A stretch of 64,000 nt of DNA. Source: Halobacteriota archaeon (GTDB taxonomy: Archaea > Halobacteriota > Syntropharchaeia > Alkanophagales > Methanospirareceae). The notes beneath the pieces are model-generated. The model was not told the origin of the DNA and searched no databases. It was given only the letters and a program-made list of their open reading frames with translations. The position numbers and the translations under genes are program-made. Shown piece by piece: positions 55,801 to 64,000 of the stretch (position 1 is its first letter; each line of letters begins with the position of its first letter). The stretch spans positions 23,541 to 87,540 of the forward strand of contig JBAQFZ010000008.1 of NCBI GenBank assembly GCA_049287525.1. The letters are read 5' to 3'.

Positions 55801-55893
55801 CGTCGCAATCTTACCCAGTAAGCCTGTTTTTCTTTCCTCGGGTCCTCTTATCCAATTCTTCATAGCCGGTTTTCGTTGAGAATTCTTTTTCAA
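52885..55893 (-). CDS. secreted legumain-like (C13) peptidase domain + PbH1 parallel beta-helix repeat protein, paralog A (C-terminal domain separated by stop)
   Basis: Signal/TM; His-Gly FFFSGHG and Cys ILSACYSGG catalytic dyad of the caspase/legumain fold; over 20 Asn-rich 23-aa PbH1 repeats; a TGA where the paralog reads through. Confidence 0.6.
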   Translation of the reverse strand: MKKNSQRKPAMKNWIRGPEERKTGLLGKIATIFVIGLMLMLGLFFNGSVCGEIEGEGISLNANYTGITFEEATVTPAEEYWAVIVGATSVYAYQDAHDIYNVLTRASDNWEASHIRFLVNESATKANIRNAIQWMANNAGTEDTCLFFFSGHGDNDTLDHNGDEADGIDESLRVFDAEIIDDELEEWIGEVKAKKAVAILSACYSGGVLTPYQISEATETYNTYELDGFAMDLEKANCMVLASSRMNETGIWASALKNGVFTYYIVQGLWGAADLDGDSRISIRELSDYSFPKIVEYSENFYPNPQHPLLWPEDDTASNLTLIKLKTHVPKKICVPEEYLTIQEAVEAAMPGDTIEVYPGTYNENLVINKPLTIYAPNGDSIIQAANTAQSCIFITVDNTSISGLTVQNGLYGIYLYKSNNSWITNNVVMQNNESGILLWSSNNNTLIDNLASDNKYGIWLYKSINNNITNNTAGDNENDGIYFSYSNNNSISSNNCSNTSGGGSILLWSSNNNSIENNTANNNKFDGIRLRETSNHNTIKGNVVNANNESGILLWASNNNTLIENLASDNKHGIWLHESSNNNNVTNNTAGDNENYGIYFSYSNNNSISSNNCSNISGGGSILLWSSNNNSIENNTANNNKFDGIRLRESSNRNAITGNVVNSNNESGILLWSSNNNSIENNTAKNNRVDGIYLLKKSNNNRINDNDASNNDYHGISLNLSTSNEICNNIANSNHYQGIRLLSSSGSTIANNTAENNSGNGIYLSYSSTNKLTGNIMLGNGIVIRGYLPTHYEHEIDKSNTVNGKPVYYWRGIEGGIIPDGAGQVILINCKNILVENQNLNNASIGIQTAYSSYITIKNNNCSHNSDGIYLSDSNNNSISSNDCSNNRNGIYLFLDSNNNSISNNNCSSNNHYGISIWYSNSNKIYLNNFINNTENVYSYKSTNIWNSPEKINYTYMGSTYTNYLGNYWHNFTSTDANNDGIWDNPYIIDPDKDYYPLMES

Positions 55894-56123
55894 ACCTTTA
55901 CCCTCTCCTTCACAAGTTCCACTTTTGAGAACTTAAAACTCATCTCCGCAACTGAAGAAGGACTTAATCTCTCTTTTGCATCCAGTATCTCTATACCAAT
56001 TATTTCGTTATTTTTATCAAAGTCAATGATTATCCCTTCTCTGATCTCCTCGCTTATTTCATATTCCCCTTCCCTAAATTTTATATACATCGCATCCGCT
56101 TCAGGGTCGTATCTTATTTCCAT
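55890..56123 (-). CDS. DUF2283 family protein (putative antitoxin)
   Basis: MEIRYDPEADAMYIKFREGEYEISEEI is the DUF2283 signature. Confidence 0.5.
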   Translation of the reverse strand: MEIRYDPEADAMYIKFREGEYEISEEIREGIIIDFDKNNEIIGIEILDAKERLSPSSVAEMSFKFSKVELVKERVKV

Positions 56124-56127
56124 TTTC

Positions 56128-56364
56128 TCACCTCCTTAAATACCTCCTTGGGTCAGCCCTATATGCCGAAATAACAATTATTTCTTCCCCATCCTTTTCA
56201 TAAATAACTCTCAAAAGTTTATCATCAAACACTCTATGTGCTATTTTCCGATTACCATATCTATTAACGACTTCTATTGGATTCTTTATTGTCATTTCCA
56301 CTTCCTTTTTACTAATTTTCCGCTCCTTTAATTGCTCTTCTGCATGTTTGTAATATTTTATCAT
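56128..56364 (-). CDS. DUF4258 family protein (putative toxin)
   Basis: 78 aa; MIKYYKHAEEQLKERKISKKEVE...; paired 4 nt from the DUF2283 gene. Confidence 0.5.
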   Translation of the reverse strand: MIKYYKHAEEQLKERKISKKEVEMTIKNPIEVVNRYGNRKIAHRVFDDKLLRVIYEKDGEEIIVISAYRADPRRYLRR

Positions 56365-56370
56365 TCTTTA

Positions 56371-59300
56371 CTAAAGAAACAACTTAATAGCTGGTATCCA
56401 GTCATAATAAATTCTCCCATTAGCGTCAATGAATATATCGCAAGTGATTGTTCCCATGCCATTGGCTACTTCTAAGCTCTCGGTATGGTGAATCTGCGGA
56501 TAAGAGCCTGTTTCTATGACGTAGGTGTATTCATTGTTTTTATACAGCGTGACAGAAGGAGTAATTGTTATGTTATGCCAATCGCCTGCATAGCCGTTCC
56601 AGGTGCCGCTTGCTATCAATTCGCCATTTTCATATATCTTGATAGACTCGGTATGCCCACCAGTGCCTGCACATGGATAGGTGTACACCCTACTAATTCT
56701 GATGTCGTAAGACGGTATGATTTTGCCTTCATGTCTGCCCATGATGCTTGGATATGGGTTCGCAGACGAACCAGTGTCAAATATCTTCTCCTCTTCAGCA
56801 GGTTTAACATAATTCTCCCAGGGCATAACCAGTGGCTGGTAGTCCTTATCCAAATCTAAATCTATGATGTATGGATTATCCCAAATACCATCATTATTGG
56901 CATCCGTGGAAATGAAATTATGCCAGTAGTTGCCGAGATAGTTTGTGTAATTACTACCTTTATAAGTGTATATTATTTTTTCGGGTGAGTTCCAGATGTT
57001 TGTTGAATTCTCGGAATAAACATTTTCGGTATTGTTTATGAAATTGTTGAGGTAGATTTTGTTGCTGGTGGTGTTCTGAAGGACAATGCCTCCAATGCTG
57101 TTGCCTATATTGTTTCCGGTAACAGCATTGCGGGTAGAATAGTTGAGGAATGAGATGCCGAGTTCGTTACCGGTGACTTCATTGTCAGTAATTGTGTTGC
57201 CATCAGAATACTCGAGGATGGAAATACCCATGACGTTGTCGCTAATAGTATTGCCGGTGATGGCGTTGCTGTTAGATTCGTATAGAGAAACGCCACCCCA
57301 TTCATTGATGAGGTAGTTGTTCTGTATTCTTGAGTTACTGGTGTTGAAGAAACCAATACCTACGAAGTTGTTTATAAGATTCAAGTCTTTTACTGTGATA
57401 TTGTCGCAGGAGATGCAGTAAACTGTGCCTGCGTTCGAGGACGAATCAATGACATTACCAGAAGCGCCTACAAGGTAGTAAATTGGCTTTCCATCTACGA
57501 GGTTGCTGGTATCAATGTCGTTGTTAAAGTCTGAGTAGCTATCGCCATCAGTTCCAAAGTTCCAGAGATTACCCATCATCAAATTATTCCTTAAAGTATT
57601 GTTGCTGGAATCCACCACATAGATGCCACTTAGGCTGTTGTTACTGGCATTGTTGTCTGTAACTATGTTGCTGTTTGATGCGTTAAGATAGATGCCACTC
57701 TCTCGATTGTTATCTGCCGTGTTGTTTGCGATTATGTTCTCGTTTGATGTCCAAAGTCCAATACCCTCGTAATAGTTAGAGTTTGCAATGTTATTGCGAA
57801 TCTCATTACTGGTTGAAAAGTTTAAAGATATACCGTTGTAGTCATTGTTTGAGACATAATTATCAGTTATCCGGTTATTGGCGGACTCATTGAGATAGAT
57901 GCCATTATCTCGATTGTTCTCTGCCGTGTTGTCTGCGATTATGTTCTCGTTTGATGACAAAAGTGCAATACCCTCGTAATAGTTAGAGTTTGCAATGTTA
58001 TTGCGAATCTCATTACTGGTTGATGAGTTTAGAGATATCCCGTTGTAGTCATTGTTTGAGACATAATTATCAGTTATCCGGTTATTGGCGGACTCCTCGA
58101 GATAGATGCCATTCTCTCGATTGTTATCTGCCGTGTTGTTTGCGATTATGTTCTCGCATGATGACAAAAGTACAATACCCTGAGCGAGATTGTTTAAGGC
58201 CTCGTTATTGGTTATTTTATTGTTGTTTGAGCCAAATAGGTATAGTCCAAAAAAACCATTTTGAAATGTTAGCCCAGAAATTGAAGTGTTATCTACAGTA
58301 ATGAATATACATGGTAAAGTCCGATCAGCTTGTATTATCGAATGCCGAGCTCGGGCATTTATTATCAGTGGTTTATTTATAATCAAGTTCTCATAATAAG
58401 TGCTAAGAAAAGTCCCAGGATAAACTTCTATTGTGTCTCCGGGCATAGCAGCTTCCACAGCTTCCGGAATCGTGCGATATTCCGCGGGAACACTGATCTT
58501 TTTGGGGACGTACGTCTTTAATTTAATAAGAGTGAGATTGCTTGCCGTATCATCTTCAGGCCATAATAGTGGATGCTGTGGATTCGGGTAGAAGAATTCT
58601 GAATATTCAACTGTCCTTGGAAAAGAGTAATCACTTAATTCTCGAGCGGAAATTCTACTATCACCATCAAGGTCTGCTGCTCCCCACAATCCCTGTACAA
58701 CATAATATGTAAATACGGAATTTTTCAATTCAAATGCGATCCATCCAATTTCATTCATTCTGCTGGACGCTAATACCATGCAATTGGCTTTTTCAAGGTC
58801 CATGGCGAATCCAAATCCATCGAGCTCATTCGACGTTTCTATTGCCTCGCTTATTTGATATGGAGTGAGAACTCCTCCACTATGGCATGCCTCTAAAATT
58901 GCAACGACTTTCTTTGCTTTCACCTCACCAATCCATTCTTCAAGTTCGTCATCTATTATCTCAGCGTCAAAAGTAATTAGTGACTCGTCAATACCATCAG
59001 CCTCGTCACCATTATAATCAATTGTATCATTTTCTCCATGTCCGGAGAAAAAGAATAGACAGGTATCCTCCGTACCAGCGTTATTAGCCATCCACTGTAT
59101 CGCATCCCTGATGTTTGCCTTTGTTGCACTTTCGTTAACTAAAATTTGGATATGGCTCGCCTCCCAATTATCTGATGCGCGAGTGAGAACATTGTACATA
59201 TCCCGTGCATCATGATACGCGTATACAGTAGTAGCTCCCACTATAACAGCCCAATATTCCTCTGCTGGAGTCTCAGTAGCTTCTTCGAATGTTATGCCGG

Positions 59301-59433
59301 TATAATTAGCATTTAAGGAGATGCTATCGCCCTCAATTTCCCCACAGACCGACCCGTTGAAAAACAATCCAAGCATCAGCATCAGCCCTATAACGAAAAT
59401 CTTTACAATCTTATCCATCGCTTCTTCTTCCAC
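56371..59433 (-). CDS. secreted legumain-like (C13) peptidase domain + PbH1 beta-helix repeat surface protein, intact paralog B
   Basis: 1020 aa; FFFSGHG / ILEACHSGG dyad; PbH1 repeats; conserved ~120-aa C-terminal domain. Confidence 0.7.
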   Translation of the reverse strand: MEEEAMDKIVKIFVIGLMLMLGLFFNGSVCGEIEGDSISLNANYTGITFEEATETPAEEYWAVIVGATTVYAYHDARDMYNVLTRASDNWEASHIQILVNESATKANIRDAIQWMANNAGTEDTCLFFFSGHGENDTIDYNGDEADGIDESLITFDAEIIDDELEEWIGEVKAKKVVAILEACHSGGVLTPYQISEAIETSNELDGFGFAMDLEKANCMVLASSRMNEIGWIAFELKNSVFTYYVVQGLWGAADLDGDSRISARELSDYSFPRTVEYSEFFYPNPQHPLLWPEDDTASNLTLIKLKTYVPKKISVPAEYRTIPEAVEAAMPGDTIEVYPGTFLSTYYENLIINKPLIINARARHSIIQADRTLPCIFITVDNTSISGLTFQNGFFGLYLFGSNNNKITNNEALNNLAQGIVLLSSCENIIANNTADNNRENGIYLEESANNRITDNYVSNNDYNGISLNSSTSNEIRNNIANSNYYEGIALLSSNENIIADNTAENNRDNGIYLNESANNRITDNYVSNNDYNGISLNFSTSNEIRNNIANSNYYEGIGLWTSNENIIANNTADNNRESGIYLNASNSNIVTDNNASNNSLSGIYVVDSSNNTLRNNLMMGNLWNFGTDGDSYSDFNNDIDTSNLVDGKPIYYLVGASGNVIDSSSNAGTVYCISCDNITVKDLNLINNFVGIGFFNTSNSRIQNNYLINEWGGVSLYESNSNAITGNTISDNVMGISILEYSDGNTITDNEVTGNELGISFLNYSTRNAVTGNNIGNSIGGIVLQNTTSNKIYLNNFINNTENVYSENSTNIWNSPEKIIYTYKGSNYTNYLGNYWHNFISTDANNDGIWDNPYIIDLDLDKDYQPLVMPWENYVKPAEEEKIFDTGSSANPYPSIMGRHEGKIIPSYDIRISRVYTYPCAGTGGHTESIKIYENGELIASGTWNGYAGDWHNITITPSVTLYKNNEYTYVIETGSYPQIHHTESLEVANGMGTITCDIFIDANGRIYYDWIPAIKLFL

Positions 59434-59714
59434 GTATCATCATCACCTATTGAGGTGAGGTATTTTTGGTTTTTATTTTTATCAGGAGATTCAGCAACGA
59501 TAGGAGTACTAACTACAGTGGGAGTTGCACTGATTGCTGTTATGGCAGCAATTACGGGAGATTCAGCAGAGTATCCCGAATATATCTGAGTCGCGTTCTC
59601 GAAAGAGTCGCCGCCGCCTAAAGATCCTGCGCTTGCTGTCTGAATGCCAAACGATATTACCACTATTAACATGCCAAACAGGGCTATTGCCCGCATATTT
59701 TCCTTATGTTTCAT
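59403..59714 (-). CDS. small secreted protein (signal peptide), uncertain
   Basis: 103 aa with an N-terminal hydrophobic signal; overlaps the start of paralog B by 31 nt. Confidence 0.3.
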   Translation of the reverse strand: MKHKENMRAIALFGMLIVVISFGIQTASAGSLGGGDSFENATQIYSGYSAESPVIAAITAISATPTVVSTPIVAESPDKNKNQKYLTSIGDDDTWKKKRWIRL

Positions 59715-59818
59715 TTTTTACATATCACCTTCTTTTCCTTTTATACCTTTTCTGCCAGAGGTATTTAAAAGCTATTCGATTTATTTATAGTCATTTTCAC
59801 CATCTCATTTTTGAGAGC

Positions 59819-62545
59819 TCATTTCGAGCGATGTTTTTTTAACGCTTTCCAAGCCTCCACCGCAATGAAAATAGTAATACTCACAGCGAGAGCAATACTC
59901 CAATCGAGAGGAGTTAATGGCTCTGTATGAAAGAACCATCCTGTAAATGGTATTTGTATTGCGAAGATCATGAGAAGGATGGAGCATATTACACCTAATA
60001 TCAACCATTTATTAGAGAAGATGCCTACTCTTAGCAAAGAATGTCTTTCCGAACGGCAATTAAACGCGTTTATCATCTCGTATAGAATGAAGGTTGCGAA
60101 TACCACCGTTTGCGCCTTCTCTACCTCTTTACTATCATAACCTGATAGATATTTCAAGAATATTCCCATGCAGCCGATGAATATTACCACAGACATAAGT
60201 ATTAGCAGATGAAGCGTTCTTTTTGTAAATACACCCTCATCAGGGTCTCTTGGTTTCCTTTCCATTATATCCCGGTCAGGTGGGTCAATGCCCAGGCCCA
60301 TTGCGGGTAAATCCTCTATTACCATATTTGCCCATAGTATCTGTATTGCAATGAGTGGGAATGGAAGCCCGAAGAAGAAAGCACCTGCCAACAGACATAC
60401 TTCGGCAAAGCCGTAAGAGAGTATATAGGTGAGATATTTCTTCACGTTATCATAAATGGCTCTGCCTTCTTGTATTGCAGCCACGATGGTCGCGAAATTA
60501 TTATCGGTCAATACCATATCAGATGCCTCTTTCGCTACATCGGTTCCTGAGTTCATTGCTATCCCTATATCACTTCTTTTTAAAGCCGGTGCATCGTTTA
60601 TTCCATCACCGGTCATAGCAACCACATCACCATTTCTCTTTAGCGCTTCCACTATTCTCAATTTGTGCTCCGGAGATACCCTTGAATAAACACCGACGTT
60701 GCCAACAATTTCATCAAGCTCTTCTTCGCTCATCTTCTCCAGCTCTGCTCCTGTCAGCACTTTTTCACCGCTAAACATGCCAAGTTCCTCGGCGATTGCC
60801 ATAGCTGTTAGTTTATGGTCTCCGGTTATCATAATAGGCTTTATTCCCGCTTTTTTGCAGCGCTCTATCGCATCTCGCGCCTCTTCTCTCGGTGGATCCG
60901 CCAAACCAAGCAATCCAACAAAAGTGAGGTCCTTTTCTATATCTTCTGCGGTGTATTCCTCCTTTTCTCCGTCAGGTAATTCCCTGTACGCAACTGCTAT
61001 TACCCGCAATGCTTCAGCAGCCATCTTATCGCTTATATTTAACACATCTCTTCTACCGTCATCCTTTATCTCTTCTATTACTGCTTCTCCTTCGTTATCC
61101 CGGTAAATGCTGGTGGAAAGCGTGAGCAATACTTCGGGCGCGCCTTTCACGTATGCTACTCTTTTACCCTCTACCGAATCGTAATGAATCGTGGTCATTC
61201 TCTTCCTTTCACGTTCAAACGGTATCTCACCTACTCGCCTGTATCTCTTATCCCATTCCTCCTTCTTCAAACCTGCTTTCTCCGCTGCTACAACTAACGC
61301 GCCTTCCGTTGGGTCTCCATGTATCTTATAGCCATCTCCTTCCTTTACCAGCCTTGAGTCATTGCACAACGCAGCGATTTGAACCGCCATTCTCAAATCC
61401 TCATATGGTTCTATTTTTTCCCCTTTCGAGAGAAAATCACCTTTTGGCGCATAGCCCGCACCCGTAACTTCTATCATCTTCCCTCCAACATATACGCTGC
61501 GGACGGTCATTTCGTTCTTTGTCAGCGTTCCGGTTTTATCTGAGCATATAGCAGTTATGCAGCCTAATGTTTCAACAGCCGGCAATTTCCTTATTATCGC
61601 TCGCTTCCTCGCAATTCTCTGCACGCCCAGCGCCAGAGTCCCGGTAATGATAAGAGGCAATGTTTCTGGTACTAACGCCACCGCCAAGCTTATGCACCAT
61701 ATAAGCATCTCGAGGAAATTACGTCCTTTGAGCACACCTATTAGTAATATCGTTATACTGATAGCCACATACGCAATGCTCAGCCATCTCCCGATTTCAT
61801 TTATTCTCCTTGTCAGCGGCGTTTCTTCCTCTTTCGTACCAACCAGCATTCTCGCAATCTTACCGAGTTCGGTTCGCATACCGGTTGCAGTTACCACCGC
61901 TTTACCCCGCCCATATGTTACGGTCGTCCCCGAATAGACCATATTTCCCCGCTCTGCGATTAATACGTCCTCATTAAGCACCACCACTTCCTTCTTCACA
62001 GCAGCTGATTCACCTGTAAGGGGTGATTCGTCCAGCTTTAAATTCACTTCCTCTATCAATCTTGCATCAGCAGCTACCCGGTCTCCAGCCCGGAGAACCA
62101 TAATATCACCGGGAACTATCTCCATAGAGGGTATCTTGACTTCGTTCCCGTCTCTCATAACGCTGGTAGTAGGCGCAGCTATCTCCTTCAACGCTTTAAT
62201 CGCCTTTTCAGACCGGTATTCGAAGAAGAAGCCTAAAACGACACAAAGAATAACTGCTGCGAATATAACAGTTGCGTCTATACCGTGCCCTAATGCTGCT
62301 GATATTGCAGTAGCAACCAGAAGTATAAGGATAAGAGCATTTTTGAACTGCGAGAGGAAGATTCTAAGCATTGTAAATCTCTTCTCTTCCGTTATTTCAT
62401 TCGTGCCGAACTTATTTTGCCTTATTTTCACCTCTGTGGGGTTGAGCCCTTCTTTCGAAGATTGGAGCTCTTGCAAAGCTTCTTCTGGCGCTATCAAATG
62501 CCATTGTGGATTCTCTTCTTCTAAATCTGCTAAACCTGTTTTCAT
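59819..62545 (-). CDS. cation-transporting P-type ATPase (P2-type, Ca2+/Mg2+-ATPase-like)
   Basis: Phosphorylation site CSDKTGTLT; hinge TGDGINDAPAL; 10 TM; 908 aa. Confidence 0.9.
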   Translation of the reverse strand: MKTGLADLEEENPQWHLIAPEEALQELQSSKEGLNPTEVKIRQNKFGTNEITEEKRFTMLRIFLSQFKNALILILLVATAISAALGHGIDATVIFAAVILCVVLGFFFEYRSEKAIKALKEIAAPTTSVMRDGNEVKIPSMEIVPGDIMVLRAGDRVAADARLIEEVNLKLDESPLTGESAAVKKEVVVLNEDVLIAERGNMVYSGTTVTYGRGKAVVTATGMRTELGKIARMLVGTKEEETPLTRRINEIGRWLSIAYVAISITILLIGVLKGRNFLEMLIWCISLAVALVPETLPLIITGTLALGVQRIARKRAIIRKLPAVETLGCITAICSDKTGTLTKNEMTVRSVYVGGKMIEVTGAGYAPKGDFLSKGEKIEPYEDLRMAVQIAALCNDSRLVKEGDGYKIHGDPTEGALVVAAEKAGLKKEEWDKRYRRVGEIPFERERKRMTTIHYDSVEGKRVAYVKGAPEVLLTLSTSIYRDNEGEAVIEEIKDDGRRDVLNISDKMAAEALRVIAVAYRELPDGEKEEYTAEDIEKDLTFVGLLGLADPPREEARDAIERCKKAGIKPIMITGDHKLTAMAIAEELGMFSGEKVLTGAELEKMSEEELDEIVGNVGVYSRVSPEHKLRIVEALKRNGDVVAMTGDGINDAPALKRSDIGIAMNSGTDVAKEASDMVLTDNNFATIVAAIQEGRAIYDNVKKYLTYILSYGFAEVCLLAGAFFFGLPFPLIAIQILWANMVIEDLPAMGLGIDPPDRDIMERKPRDPDEGVFTKRTLHLLILMSVVIFIGCMGIFLKYLSGYDSKEVEKAQTVVFATFILYEMINAFNCRSERHSLLRVGIFSNKWLILGVICSILLMIFAIQIPFTGWFFHTEPLTPLDWSIALAVSITIFIAVEAWKALKKHRSK

Positions 62546-62902
62546 ATCATCGTATTGCTGATTTTATTTTATAATTAGAAGGGTATGTATTTGTTAGCAG
62601 ATAAAGTAAAAATGGCAATAAATGGCAGGCAATCTATGTGCTCTGGCACTGGGGTGATATATGCAAGTAATGCGGATATCCCGAAGGTAGAAGAAATCGG
62701 GGCAAGAGCAAGATTAAGATTATAATGATCCCTAAAAACATAAAAGATAGAACATATCATCAAAGCAAGAGAATAAATTAATAGTATTTATTTAGCTCAC
62801 CGCAAACAAAGCTCATTGACGAGCAATTTTTTTAGCTCATTATAGACATCTTTTCCCTGTAACCGCCACGTGGCGAAGACCGAAGCGATGTACTGGTAAT
62901 AT

Positions 62903-63232
62903 TCAGCGCCAATAGTTTTTACCGAGAACCCGTATCCCCGTCTCGTCCATATAATTCCACTCCGCAGTTCTGACTTTGTCGATATTTAAGGAATACGCAG
63001 TCTTGCAGGCTCCTCCTACACGGAGGATAGCATCCTGAATGCCCTTAGGTGTGATGTCGAAGGCATAGAAGGTCTTCGGGAGCCAAAAAGTCATGCCGTG
63101 CATAATCCTGAAACGATCGACCCCCAGATCGTTGAGACCGTGAGAAAGATTAAAAGAGATGCTGGCAGAGAGGGAATGGGAGGATGTAGGGGGATTGGTG
63201 ATGGTTTTGGAAGAGGTTATCTCAGCATACAA
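62903..63232 (-). pseudogene. IS630-family transposase remnant
   Basis: The C-terminus WNYMDETGIRVLGKNYWR matches the start of the IS630 DDE domain, then terminates. The surrounding 0.8 kb is non-coding or degraded. Confidence 0.3.
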
Positions 63233-63359
63233 TGATGCTCCGCATCAAGGGTTGGATGGTCTATCTCCAGACGGGTATGAGCGGACACTCATGTGTATGG
63301 CATCCGGTTGACTATAACAATTCCCCGTGCACTCTGCGGTTAATCAGACAAGCCACTTC

Positions 63360-64000
63360 TCACATTGTAAACCGCTTATATATCCTCGTTATTTTTTCAG
63401 GCAGTTTTACAACATCATTTATCACTACCCATCTGCTATTGGCATACATTCGTGGCAAATACTCCGCTGCTTCACGATCAACAGTAATACAAAACGACTT
63501 GATACCATACCGTTGGGCTTCTTTCAATGCCATTCTCGTGTCTTCAATCGCGTAATTTCCGTGATAATCCCGATCTAACGGCTTACCATCGCTCAATAGA
63601 ATAAGCAGCTTTCTCTTCTCTTCCCTTCTTCTCAATTTAGTTGTTGTGTGCCTAATAGCCGGTGCAATTCTCGTAGATTGCTTATTCGTCATTGTAGATA
63701 TTTTGCACTGTACTATCGGGGCATAAGAGTCCTCAAAATCTTTGATTAAAAAAAACACCACATTATCGCGTCCATACCCGGAGAACCCGTAAATAGCAAA
63801 AGCATCGCCTAATTCTTTCAATGCTTCCGACATTAATATCAATGCTTCCTTTTCACATGTTATTGTTGCTCCTACTGTACTACCACTCATGTCAACGAGA
63901 AAAGCAACTGCTATATCTCGCGTTCTTCTTTCGGTTCGTACGTAGTTTCTTTCGGAAGGTGAGAGCCTTAGTCGCTTATCAATAAAATATTGAACCGCTG
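63360..64000 (-). CDS. vWA-domain protein (CoxE/NorD-like), N-terminus outside window
   Basis: The frame stays open upstream of the track Met to the window edge. MIDAS motif AVAFLVDMSGST; later LLILLSDGKP. Confidence 0.6.
   Translation of the reverse strand, partial: AVQYFIDKRLRLSPSERNYVRTERRTRDIAVAFLVDMSGSTVGATITCEKEALILMSEALKELGDAFAIYGFSGYGRDNVVFFLIKDFEDSYAPIVQCKISTMTNKQSTRIAPAIRHTTTKLRRREEKRKLLILLSDGKPLDRDYHGNYAIEDTRMALKEAQRYGIKSFCITVDREAAEYLPRMYANSRWVVINDVVKLPEKITRIYKRFTM

Noticed and set aside
59403-59714. Possible frameshifted N-terminal continuation of paralog B
   Set aside because: It is in a different frame and overlaps the paralog start by 31 nt, with its own signal-peptide-like N-terminus. 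It is retained only as a low-confidence separate ORF, and no evidence links it to the large gene.

Overview
This 64-kb window comes from an archaeal chromosome, probably a methanogen- or methanotroph-like euryarchaeon. Markers for that assignment are the F420 biosynthesis gene cofG, an archaeal histone, a family-B DNA polymerase, aIF6, the L39e/L31e and S27ae/S24e/Spt4/RpoE clusters, an MthK-type K+ channel and a PGF-CTERM surface protein. Base composition is roughly mid-40s %GC. Most of the window is housekeeping: ppsA, argC, pgi, ilvE, ribH, radB, coaBC, truA, ftsY, polB, hisA, a GGPP synthase, a P-type ATPase, tRNA-Arg(GCG) and tRNA-Ala(GGC). No rRNA or CRISPR array is present. Five accessory features stand out.

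1. At 19.5-26.1 kb lies a co-directional, translationally coupled five-gene operon. It encodes two FtsZ/tubulin-superfamily paralogs. One is an 896-aa protein with intact T1-T4 GTP-binding loops fused to a ~600-aa coiled-coil tail. The other is a 316-aa paralog whose T4 glycine loop is degenerate. Three membrane-anchored coiled-coil proteins are interleaved with them. This is a candidate membrane-associated cytoskeletal or membrane-remodelling module and the most likely novel system here.

2. A MITE-like repeat family occurs in four copies (18.2, 26.1, 29.6 and 43.6 kb). Copies share terminal inverted repeats and two conserved hairpins. One copy carries a truncated GxxExxY gene next to tRNA-Arg.

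3. A 'four-helix-bundle' (23S-IVS-type) gene cassette sits between inverted heptamer arrays (CAGGATR)n. Its 3' junction is duplicated at the end of cofG.

4. A vWA + DUF11 adhesin-like gene contains a near-identical ~0.37-kb tandem duplication. It is followed by a short exosortase/archaeosortase-family gene and a second membrane-protein gene.

5. Two tandem paralogous ~1000-aa surface proteins (legumain-like C13 peptidase domain + PbH1 beta-helix repeats) flank a DUF2283/DUF4258 toxin-antitoxin-like pair. One paralog is interrupted by a stop, and the region is AT-rich.

Several small ribosomal protein genes (S27ae, L39e) are missing from the ORF track and were recovered by manual translation.
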